NCBI GenBank assembly: GCA_029226955.1
Contig: JAQXZA010000137.1
Coordinates: 13,005 to 77,004 of the forward strand
Source: Clostridia bacterium
GTDB taxonomy: Bacteria; Bacillota; Clostridia; Oscillospirales; Acutalibacteraceae
Direction: 5' to 3'
DNA: 64,000 nt
Positions 56,099-64,000 of this stretch are shown piece by piece (the stretch's first letter is position 1; the number at the start of each line of letters is the position of its first letter). The notes beneath the pieces were generated by a model, which was given only the letters and a program-made list of their open reading frames with translations, was not told the DNA's origin and searched no databases. The position numbers were made by a program, and so were the translations under genes.

Positions 56099-56114
56099 TA
56101 TTTCAAGTTTTCGA

Positions 56115-56846
56115 TTATACGACAAATCCGCCGTTTACACCAAGAACCTGACCAGTGATAAATGATGAATTATCAGACGCAAGAAACAATACTGCCCTTG
56201 CAACATCATAGGGAGTTCCGAGTGTTCCTGTCGGAGTTTCGTCTTTAAGTGCGTTGAAATCATCTTCCGAAAGATTAGATGTCATATCTGTTTTGATAAC
56301 TCCTGGTGCAATGCAGTTTACGGTAATTCCGCTTAAACCTTCTTCCATTGCAAGACCCTTTGTAAGACCGATAACAGCGGCTTTTACAGCGGAATAATGT
56401 ACTTCACACGAGCCGCCGACCTGACCCCACATTGACGAAATATTCACTATTCTTCCGAACTGATTATGCACCATATATGGTATTGCACGGCGACAGCAGT
56501 AAAATACACTATTAAGATTTGTAGCGACCATTCTGTTCCAGTCGTCGTCTGTAATATCAGTAAAAAGTTTTGTCTGTGCAATTCCGGCATTGTTCACAAG
56601 GACATCAATTCCACCGCAAAGCGTTTCAATTTCATCAAACATTTTTCCCACTTCCACAGAAACCGAAACATCAGCCTTTACTATATTTACACTGTAACCT
56701 TTTTCTTTAAGTTCATTATAAAGTGCAAAAGCGGATTTTTCAGAATGATTATAATTTATAAAAACATTATCACCGTTTTCCGCAAAAAGTCTTGCTGTTT
56801 CCGCACCAATTCCACGTGACGCTCCTGTTACAAGTACATTTCTCAT
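56115..56846 (-). CDS. Short-chain dehydrogenase/reductase (FabG-like 3-oxoacyl reductase family)
   Basis: Motifs TGASRGIG, NNAG and the catalytic YSAVKAAV (YxxxK). Confidence 0.85.
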   Translation of the reverse strand: MRNVLVTGASRGIGAETARLFAENGDNVFINYNHSEKSAFALYNELKEKGYSVNIVKADVSVSVEVGKMFDEIETLCGGIDVLVNNAGIAQTKLFTDITDDDWNRMVATNLNSVFYCCRRAIPYMVHNQFGRIVNISSMWGQVGGSCEVHYSAVKAAVIGLTKGLAMEEGLSGITVNCIAPGVIKTDMTSNLSEDDFNALKDETPTGTLGTPYDVARAVLFLASDNSSFITGQVLGVNGGFVV

Positions 56847-56847
56847 T

Positions 56848-57357
56848 TTATGCCTTTTTAAGAACCTTTACAATTTCTCCGATAAATGTATGATGATATG
56901 CACCGTCAGGATAAATGCTTTCAGCTAATTCTTTATCAACGAATGATTCCCTGTTCATAGGCTGTTTATATAACTTTTTGCATACAAGAACAAGGTCAGC
57001 CTGTTCAAAATAGGGAGCTTTTTCGTCAAATACAGGAACTAAGCCTGTTTCTTTGATTTTATCGACATCACGACCGGAATTTCTTCCGCAGAAAGTCAGT
57101 TCTTCTTTCATTTTTCCGCCAAAGAATGACAGGGTATAATACTCATTATGGTCAACAAAATTATAGGTATATCTTGACGGACGGATAAATGTAATCGAAA
57201 TATTTTTGTTCCACAAAAAACCAGTGCCGCCCCAACTTGCTGTCATTGTGTTGAATGAATCCTTGTTTCCGGCAGTAATCAGCATCCATTCCTTGCCTAT
57301 TCTTGTGAAGAAATTGTCATCAAGTCGGCTTACATCAATTTCAGTAAAATTACTCAT
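56848..57357 (-). CDS. Flavin reductase-like domain protein
   Basis: NTMTASWGGTGFLWNKNISITFIRPSRYTYNFV matches the flavin_reduct family pattern (from memory). Its stop abuts the SDR start codon. Confidence 0.7.
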   Translation of the reverse strand: MSNFTEIDVSRLDDNFFTRIGKEWMLITAGNKDSFNTMTASWGGTGFLWNKNISITFIRPSRYTYNFVDHNEYYTLSFFGGKMKEELTFCGRNSGRDVDKIKETGLVPVFDEKAPYFEQADLVLVCKKLYKQPMNRESFVDKELAESIYPDGAYHHTFIGEIVKVLKKA

Positions 57358-57703
57358 AAATAAAAACCTCCGAAAATCATATTTAAATGAACAAATTTAT
57401 GTCAGCAGTAAACGCTTGAAAATTTGCCCGATACACTTACATTATATCATATTCAGTATGAATTTTGTACTGATTTTGAAATCAAAAAACTTAAAACAAA
57501 TAATAAAAATCGAAAAATATACATAATATACTGTAAAAATGTATATTATTTGCAAAAATAAGTATTGCCTTAAATTAGTAAAATTCAAAAAATCAATCCG
57601 CAAACGCTAAAAAGTGAAATAGATTATCAAAAATTCTTAAAAATATCATAAAAAATTTTCCAATAATCACTTAATAATGTAAAAACCTACAAAAATTCCG
57701 ATA

Positions 57704-57721
57704 TTTGAATAAATATACATA
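57704..57721 (+). promoter_or_regulatory. Candidate ARG box (ArgR/AhrC operator) adjacent to the argG promoter
   Basis: TTTGAATAAATATACATA compared with the remembered consensus TNTGAATWWWWATTCANW (one mismatch in the right half). The 12-mer AAATATACATAA also occurs at 57516-57527. Confidence 0.35.
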
Positions 57722-57727
57722 AAATGC

Positions 57728-57755
57728 TTGATTTTATGTATAAAAAGTGTATAAT
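57728..57755 (+). promoter_or_regulatory. Sigma-A-type promoter for the arg operon (TTGATT-16-TATAAT)
   Basis: TTGATT at 57728-57733, 16-nt spacer, TATAAT at 57750-57755. Lies 42 nt before ATG 57797, which has a GGAGG SD. Confidence 0.55.
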
Positions 57756-57796
57756 AAAAGCATACTCAAACAAACAGATGACGGAGGTTCAATATA

Positions 57797-59017
57797 ATGG
57801 GTGACATAAAAAAAGTAGTTCTTGCATATTCAGGCGGTCTTGATACATCAATCATAATTCCGTGGCTTAAAGAAAACTATGACAACTGTGAAGTTATCGC
57901 AGTTTCAGGTGACGTAGGACAGGGAACAGAGCTTGACGGTCTTGAAGAAAAGGCTAAAAAGACAGGTGCTTCAAAACTCTATATCGAAGACCTCAACAAA
58001 GAATTTATCGAGGATTATGTATTCCCGACAGTAAAAGCTGGTGCAGTTTACGAAAACAAATATCTTCTCGGTACATCATTTGCACGTCCTATTATCGCAA
58101 AGAGAATAGTTGAAATCGCTCTTAAAGAGGGGGCAGACGCAATCTGTCACGGTTGCACAGGTAAGGGCAACGACCAGGTTCGTTTTGAACTTGCAATCAA
58201 GGCATTTGCTCCTGATATGAAGATTATCGCTCCTTGGAGAGAGTGGAATCTTAAATCACGTGAAGAAGAAATCGAATACGCTGAGGCACACAATATTCCT
58301 CTTAAAATCACAAGAGAAACAAACTACTCAAAAGATAAAAATATATGGCACATTTCACACGAAGGACTTGACCTTGAAGACCCGGCAAACGAACCGCAGT
58401 ACAACAAGGAAGGTTTCCTCGAACTCGGTGTTTCACCTGAACAGGCTCCTGACAAGGCAACTTATGTTACAATTTCATTTGAAAAAGGTATTCCTGTTGC
58501 AATCGACGGTGAAAAACTCGGTGCTGTTGAACTTGTAAAGAAACTCAATAAACTCGGCGGCGAAAACGGTATCGGTATTGTTGACCTCGTTGAAAACAGA
58601 CTCGTAGGTATGAAGTCAAGAGGCGTTTATGAAACTCCGGGCGGAACAATCCTTTACCACGCACACAATAAACTTGAAGAAATCACACTCGACAGAGATA
58701 CATACCACTACAAACAAAACGTTGCAAATCGTTTTGCTGAACTTGTATATTTCGGTCAGTGGTACACACCTCTCCGCAAGGCTCTTTCAGCATTTGTTGA
58801 TTCAACACAGGAAACCGTTACAGGCGACGTTAAACTCAAACTTTACAAAGGCAATATCATTGACGCTGGTGTTACATCACCGTATTCACTCTATGATGAA
58901 GATATTGCAACATTTGATGAAGACGAAGTTTACAACCAGAAAGATTCAGCCGGATTTATTAACCTCTTTGGTCTGCCGATTAAGGTTCAGGCAAAGAAAG
59001 GCTTTATCAAGGAATAA
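57797..59017 (+). CDS. argG: Argininosuccinate synthase
   Basis: Motifs AYSGGLDTS and [13 protein letters not shown], and colinear over the full length. Confidence 0.97.
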   Translation: MGDIKKVVLAYSGGLDTSIIIPWLKENYDNCEVIAVSGDVGQGTELDGLEEKAKKTGASKLYIEDLNKEFIEDYVFPTVKAGAVYENKYLLGTSFARPIIAKRIVEIALKEGADAICHGCTGKGNDQVRFELAIKAFAPDMKIIAPWREWNLKSREEEIEYAEAHNIPLKITRETNYSKDKNIWHISHEGLDLEDPANEPQYNKEGFLELGVSPEQAPDKATYVTISFEKGIPVAIDGEKLGAVELVKKLNKLGGENGIGIVDLVENRLVGMKSRGVYETPGGTILYHAHNKLEEITLDRDTYHYKQNVANRFAELVYFGQWYTPLRKALSAFVDSTQETVTGDVKLKLYKGNIIDAGVTSPYSLYDEDIATFDEDEVYNQKDSAGFINLFGLPIKVQAKKGFIKE

Positions 59018-59038
59018 TAAAATTTCTGTTTAAACTCA

Positions 59039-59095
59039 GAAGTTCGTCAGGGCGAGCAGTGATAGTGAGTCATTGTCCGCCCGACTTCGTTTTTA
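59039..59095 (+). terminator. Imperfect hairpin plus T-run after argG (possible attenuating terminator)
   Basis: gaagt...gggcg pairs with cgccc.acttc, with an internal loop. Followed by GTTTTTAT. The loop contains cagtgatagtgagt, similar to the heptamer tract at 28502-28514. Confidence 0.45.
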
Positions 59096-59153
59096 TAAAA
59101 CACATAAAGAAAACATCACTTAAATTAAAATAAAAAAATCAGGAGTGACTACA

Positions 59154-60524
59154 ATGAAATTGTGGGCAGGGCGTTTTTCTAAGGAAATCGACAAAAAAAC
59201 AAACGACTTCAATTCGTCAATATCATTTGACAGCCGTATGTATCGTGAAGATATAGAGGGCAGTATTGCACACGCAACAATGATAGGCGAGTGCGGTATA
59301 ATCGAAAAAAGTGAGTCAGAGGCTATTGTAAAGGGACTTGAAGAAATCCTTGCCGACATTGACAGCGGAAAACTTCAGATTGACCCGAATGCCGAAGATA
59401 TACATACATTTATCGAGGGAGAACTCACAAAGCGTCTTGGACAGACAGGAAAAAGACTTCATACAGCACGTAGCCGTAATGACCAGGTAGCCGTTGATAT
59501 TCGTCTTTATCTTAAAAAAGAAGTAAAGAATATCGAAAAAATGGTAAAAGAGCTTGTTTCTGTTCTTTGCGATAAAGCCGAACAGTATTCATCAACCGTA
59601 ATGCCGGGATATACACATCTGCAAAGAGCCCAGCCTATCACATTCGGTCATCACCTTATGGCTTATGTTGAAATGCTATTGCGTGATATTGACAGACTTC
59701 AATGCACATACAGACATATGGACGAAATGCCGCTCGGAAGTGGTGCATTGGCAACAACAACATATCCGATTGACAGGAATATAACCGCCTCACTTTTAGG
59801 TTTTGACCGTGTTTCCCAAAACAGCCTTGACGGTGTTTCCGACAGGGATTTTTGTATGGAACTTGCAAGCACAATTTCAATAATTATGGTACATCTTTCA
59901 CGTTTTTCGGAAGAAATAATTATGTGGTGTTCGTGGGAATTTAAGTTTATTGAACTTGACGACGCATTTTCAACAGGTTCAAGCATAATGCCGCAGAAGA
60001 AAAACCCCGATATAGCGGAACTTGTCCGTGGCAAATCGGGCAGAGTGTTCGGCGACCTTATGACATTGCTTACGGTTATGAAAGGTATTGCACTTGCATA
60101 TAACAAAGATATGCAAGAGGATAAAGAGGCAATTTTTGACGCAGTTGATACAGTTAAAATGTGTCTTACAGCCTTTACGCCTATGATTGAAACAATGAAA
60201 GTAATCCCCGAAAATATGAGAAAAGCCGCCGCAAACGGATTTATCAATGCAACCGACTGTGCAGACTATCTTGTTAAAAAAGGACTTCCTTTCCGTGACG
60301 CATACAAGGCAACGGGAACACTGGTTGCACTTTGTATTGAAAAAGGACTTACTCTTGAAACACTTCCGATTGAAGAATACAAAAAAGTTTGTGATACATT
60401 CGACGAGGGAGTGTATGACGCAATATCACTTGAAAATTGTGTGAACGGCAGAAAGGTTATCGGCGGGCCGGCAAGTGCAAATGTAATTTCACAGGTTGAG
60501 CGTGTAAGAAATCTTATCAAATAA
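59154..60524 (+). CDS. argH: Argininosuccinate lyase
   Basis: N-terminus KLWAGRF, and the fumarate-lyase signature GSSIMPQKKNPD. ATG 59154 lies 8 nt after AGGAG. Confidence 0.96.
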   Translation: MKLWAGRFSKEIDKKTNDFNSSISFDSRMYREDIEGSIAHATMIGECGIIEKSESEAIVKGLEEILADIDSGKLQIDPNAEDIHTFIEGELTKRLGQTGKRLHTARSRNDQVAVDIRLYLKKEVKNIEKMVKELVSVLCDKAEQYSSTVMPGYTHLQRAQPITFGHHLMAYVEMLLRDIDRLQCTYRHMDEMPLGSGALATTTYPIDRNITASLLGFDRVSQNSLDGVSDRDFCMELASTISIIMVHLSRFSEEIIMWCSWEFKFIELDDAFSTGSSIMPQKKNPDIAELVRGKSGRVFGDLMTLLTVMKGIALAYNKDMQEDKEAIFDAVDTVKMCLTAFTPMIETMKVIPENMRKAAANGFINATDCADYLVKKGLPFRDAYKATGTLVALCIEKGLTLETLPIEEYKKVCDTFDEGVYDAISLENCVNGRKVIGGPASANVISQVERVRNLIK

Positions 60525-60561
60525 TAAAATTACCAAATAAAACAGGCAAGAGGGAAAGAAA

Positions 60562-61599
60562 ATGAAAATTAAAGTTGGAATAATCGGTGCAACAGGATAT
60601 GCGGGTGCAGAACTTGTCCGTATTCTTTTGACTCACCCACAGGCAGAAATTGCGGCAATAAGTTCAGTCAGCTTTGAGGGCAAAAAACTCAGCGAAGTTT
60701 ATCCGTCATATAAGACACTTTGTGATATGGAGTGCAAAACACAGGACGAAGTTGTCGAAAAGAGTGATGTAATTTTTGCGGCACTTCCGCACGGACTTTC
60801 ACAGGAGCTTGCCGCACAATGCGACAAAGCCGGCAAAGCGTTTATTGACCTTGGTGCAGACTTCCGTCTTGAAAACGAGGACGATTACAAAGAATGGTAC
60901 AACGGCGAATTTCTTGATAAAGAACTTCATCAACGTGCCGTTTACGGACTTCCCGAACTTTTCAGAGATAATATCAAGGGTAAAAAAGTTATTGCAAATC
61001 CGGGTTGCTATACAACAGGTGCACCGCTTGCACTTGCTCCGGCAGTAAAGTCAGGACTTGTAAAAACAGAGGGTATTATAGTTGACTCAAAATCGGGTGT
61101 AACGGGTGCGGGCAGAAAGCCGTCACAGAGCAATCATTACCCCGAACTCAACGAGGGTTTCCACGCATATAAGGTTGCCTCACACCGCCATACTCCCGAA
61201 ATCGAACAGACTCTCTCGAAACTTTCGGGCAAAAAAGTTACAATAACATTTGTACCACATCTTCTTCCTGTAAACCGTGGCATACTTTCAACCTGTTATG
61301 CACGTCTGAATGACGGTGTAACAAAGGAACAGATAAGAACGGAATATGAAAAATTCTATAAAGATGAATTTTTTATCCGACTTCTTCCCGACGGACAGAA
61401 TACCGATATTCACAACATAAAATATTCAAATTTCTGTGATATATCACTTCATATTGACACACGCACAAATACACTTGTTGCAATTTCAGCCATTGATAAT
61501 ATGGTTAAGGGTGCGGCAGGACAGGCAATACAAAATATGAATATTATTTTCGGACTTGATGAAACAACAGGTCTTGTAATTGTGCCGCCGGCATTTTAA
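60562..61599 (+). CDS. argC: N-acetyl-gamma-glutamyl-phosphate reductase
   Basis: Motifs GATGYAGAEL and the catalytic PGCYTT. Confidence 0.96.
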   Translation: MKIKVGIIGATGYAGAELVRILLTHPQAEIAAISSVSFEGKKLSEVYPSYKTLCDMECKTQDEVVEKSDVIFAALPHGLSQELAAQCDKAGKAFIDLGADFRLENEDDYKEWYNGEFLDKELHQRAVYGLPELFRDNIKGKKVIANPGCYTTGAPLALAPAVKSGLVKTEGIIVDSKSGVTGAGRKPSQSNHYPELNEGFHAYKVASHRHTPEIEQTLSKLSGKKVTITFVPHLLPVNRGILSTCYARLNDGVTKEQIRTEYEKFYKDEFFIRLLPDGQNTDIHNIKYSNFCDISLHIDTRTNTLVAISAIDNMVKGAAGQAIQNMNIIFGLDETTGLVIVPPAF

Positions 61600-61644
61600 A
61601 AATAAAACCGGCTATGTAACAGGTAATTTTGGAGGAATAAATCT

Positions 61645-62865
61645 ATGACATATAAATTCATTGACGGTTCGGTAACATCAGCAAAGGGATTTAAAGCGTC
61701 TGGTATTCACTGCGGTATAAGAAAAAATAAGGGTAAACGTGACCTCGGACTTATTTTCTGTGAGAAAAAATGTACAGCCGCCGCAGTATATACAACAAAT
61801 CTTGTTCAGAGTTCACCGATAACCGTAACCCGTCAGCACCTTGAAAACGGAATTGCACAGGCAGTTATCGTAAACAGCGGAAATGCCAACACCTGTAATG
61901 CAGACGGTGTTCAGAAAGCCGAAAAAATGTGTACTCTTGCCGCAGAAAAACTCGGAATCAGTGCCGATGATGTAATTGTCGGTTCAACAGGTGTTATCGG
62001 ACAGATTCTTCCGATAGAACCGATAGAAAACGGCATTGACGAGCTTGTTTCACAGCTTTCTGTTGACGGTGCGTCAAATGCCGCAGAGGCAATTATGACT
62101 ACCGATACGGTCAAAAAAGAGGTTGCCGTTGAAACCACAATCGGCGGTAAAACCGTAAAAATCGGCGGTATATCAAAGGGCAGTGGTATGATTCATCCGA
62201 ATATGGCGACAATGCTTTGCTTTGTTACCACAGATGCCGCAATTTCCGCAGAAATGATACAAAAGGCTGTAAAAACCGCCGCTGACAAAACATTCAATAT
62301 GGTAAGCATAGACGGCGACACTTCAACAAATGACACACTTGCTGTTATGGCGTCAGGTCTTGCCGAAAATAACGAGATTACCGAAGAAAACGACGATTAC
62401 AAGACATTTCTTGACGCACTCACCGCAGTATGCCGTGAACTTTCAAAAATGATGGCAAAAGACGGCGAGGGTGCAACAAAACTTCTTGTTTGTAAGGTAA
62501 GCGGTGCAAAAACAGAAAAAGACGCAAAAGGTGTTGCAAAATCAGTTATCTGTTCAAGTCTGCTTAAAGCCGCAATGTTCGGGGCAGACGCAAACTGGGG
62601 ACGTGTTCTCTGTGCAATAGGTTATTCGGGCTGTGATGTTGATGTAAATAAAGTAGCGGTTGCCTTTTCATCAAAAGCCGGCAGAATTGATGTATGCAAA
62701 AACGGTGCCGGAATTGACTTTTCAGAAGAAATTGCCAAAAAGGTTCTTACAGAGGACGAAATAGACATTATTGTTGAACTTGGCGACGGAAACTTCGACT
62801 CTGAGGCATACGGCTGTGATCTTACCTATGAATATGTAAAGATTAACGGAGATTACAGAACCTGA
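61645..62865 (+). CDS. argJ: Bifunctional ornithine acetyltransferase / N-acetylglutamate synthase
   Basis: Autoprocessing site context PNMATMLCFVTTDA, and DGDTSTND. Confidence 0.96.
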   Translation: MTYKFIDGSVTSAKGFKASGIHCGIRKNKGKRDLGLIFCEKKCTAAAVYTTNLVQSSPITVTRQHLENGIAQAVIVNSGNANTCNADGVQKAEKMCTLAAEKLGISADDVIVGSTGVIGQILPIEPIENGIDELVSQLSVDGASNAAEAIMTTDTVKKEVAVETTIGGKTVKIGGISKGSGMIHPNMATMLCFVTTDAAISAEMIQKAVKTAADKTFNMVSIDGDTSTNDTLAVMASGLAENNEITEENDDYKTFLDALTAVCRELSKMMAKDGEGATKLLVCKVSGAKTEKDAKGVAKSVICSSLLKAAMFGADANWGRVLCAIGYSGCDVDVNKVAVAFSSKAGRIDVCKNGAGIDFSEEIAKKVLTEDEIDIIVELGDGNFDSEAYGCDLTYEYVKINGDYRT

Positions 62866-62888
62866 TTTTATGAACGGAGATGTAAAAA

Positions 62889-63749
62889 ATGAAGAATATT
62901 CCAAATCAGGATCGTGCAAAGGTACTTATACAGGCACTTCCTTATATACAAAAATATTCAGGTCAGACAATAGTTGTAAAATACGGCGGAAATGCAATGA
63001 TAAATGACGAGCTGAAAGACGCAGTAATGAGTGATATAGTGCTTTTACAGCTTGTCGGAATAAACGTTGTGCTTGTACACGGTGGCGGTCCTGAAATAAG
63101 CGGTATGCTGAAAAAAATCGGCAAAGAAAGCAAATTCGTAAACGGACTGCGTGTTACCGATAAAGAAACTATTGACATTGTTCAGATGGTTCTTGCCGGA
63201 AAGGTCAACAAAAGCCTTGTACAAATGCTTGAACAGCACAGTGGCAAGGCAATAGGACTTTGCGGACTTGACGGTCGTATGATTATGGCTGAAAAAATGA
63301 TAAGTGGCGAGGATCTTGGCTATGTCGGAGAAATCACTGAGGTAAACACAGACGTTATTGAGAACGCAACCAAAGACGGCTATGTCCCGATTATTTCAAC
63401 CGTTGCCGGCGGTTATAACGGAGATGTCTATAATATCAATGCCGACCTTGCCGCCGCAAGAATTGCCGCAAAACTCAAAGCCGCAAAACTCATTCTTATG
63501 ACCGATATACGAGGACTTCTCAGGGATAAAGATGATGAAGATACACTTATACCTGTTGTCAATGTCAGCGAAGTTCCGTCACTCAAACGAGAGGGCATTA
63601 TTTCGGGCGGAATGATTCCGAAAATCGACTGTTGTGTCGAGGCTGTCCGACGTGGAGTTAAACGTGCCCATATTATTGACGGACGTATTCCACATTCAAT
63701 TCTGATAGAAATGTTCTCCGATGAAGGTATCGGAACAATGTTCTATTGA
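62889..63749 (+). CDS. argB: Acetylglutamate kinase
   Basis: Motifs VVKYGGNAM, VHGGGP and NINADLAA. Confidence 0.96.
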   Translation: MKNIPNQDRAKVLIQALPYIQKYSGQTIVVKYGGNAMINDELKDAVMSDIVLLQLVGINVVLVHGGGPEISGMLKKIGKESKFVNGLRVTDKETIDIVQMVLAGKVNKSLVQMLEQHSGKAIGLCGLDGRMIMAEKMISGEDLGYVGEITEVNTDVIENATKDGYVPIISTVAGGYNGDVYNINADLAAARIAAKLKAAKLILMTDIRGLLRDKDDEDTLIPVVNVSEVPSLKREGIISGGMIPKIDCCVEAVRRGVKRAHIIDGRIPHSILIEMFSDEGIGTMFY

Positions 63750-63765
63750 TTCGGGAGTGATAAAA

Positions 63766-64000
63766 TTGACATTTGAAGAAATAAAAAACGATGAACAAGA
63801 ATATATGATGCACACATACGGCAGATTTGATGCCGCAATAGTAAGCGGTAAAGGTGCTGTCGCAAAAGATGTAAACGGCAAAGAATACATAGACTTTACA
63901 AGCGGCATAGGTGTAAACTGTCTTGGCTACTGTGATGATGGCTGGGTAAAGGCAGTTTCGACTCAGGCGGCAACGGTACAGCATATTTCAAATCTTTACT
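63766..64000 (+). CDS. argD: Acetylornithine aminotransferase, N-terminal fragment (continues beyond the window)
   Basis: Translated by hand: LTFEEIKNDEQEYMMHTYGRFDAAIVSGKGAVAKDVNGKEYIDFTSGIGVNCLGY...VQHISNLY. TTG 63766 lies 8 nt after GGGAG. Follows argB. Confidence 0.85.
   Translation, partial: MTFEEIKNDEQEYMMHTYGRFDAAIVSGKGAVAKDVNGKEYIDFTSGIGVNCLGYCDDGWVKAVSTQAATVQHISNLY

Overview
Chromosomal window from a low-GC, spore-forming Firmicute. It looks Clostridia-like, judged only from gene content: spoVM, a gerA-type operon, yaaT/ricT, DUF421/DUF4363 and strong AGGAGG-type ribosome-binding sites. I found no rRNA, CRISPR array, transposase, integrase or obvious prophage.

Gene order, left to right:
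- The conserved priA-def-fmt-rsmB-rlmN-stp-prkC-rsgA-thiN-spoVM block, then a PAP2 phosphatase.
- A complete Pho/Pst locus: pstSCAB-phoU-phoP-phoR.
- A four-gene cell-surface acylation module: MBOAT, DHHW, FkbH-like loader and carrier protein.
- yaaT-holB (minus strand), pyrK-pyrD, a histidine phosphatase, ruvX, a VanZ-like protein, mtaB and an ABC-F ATPase.
- A stand-alone tRNA-Leu(CAA), then icd, aconitase, an AEC transporter and an SGNH hydrolase.
- A tight five-gene operon at 38856-49106: MoxR-like AAA+ ATPase, YehM-like protein, CoxE-type VWA protein, double SWIM zinc-finger protein, and a giant DUF4132-like protein.
- SGNH and DUF4358-like lipoproteins, DUF421/DUF4363, and a ger operon whose B and C cistrons are fused.
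- An SDR, a flavin reductase, and argGHCJB with the start of argD.

The best candidate for an uncharacterised system is the five-gene operon at 38856-49106. From memory it is the counterpart of E. coli yehLMPQ plus yehI/molR, which has no assigned function.

Secondary observations:
- A dlt-like MBOAT/DHHW/FkbH/ACP module.
- A circularly permuted PstS.
- An intrinsic terminator plus tandem SD-like heptamers between phoP and phoR.
- A family of C-depleted heptamer-periodic intergenic tracts, including a 29-nt near-identical inverted pair 28 kb apart.
- spoVM and other micro-ORFs below the ORF-track cutoff.
- Two in-frame coding tandem repeats.

All family assignments come from reading motifs by eye. 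No database search was run.
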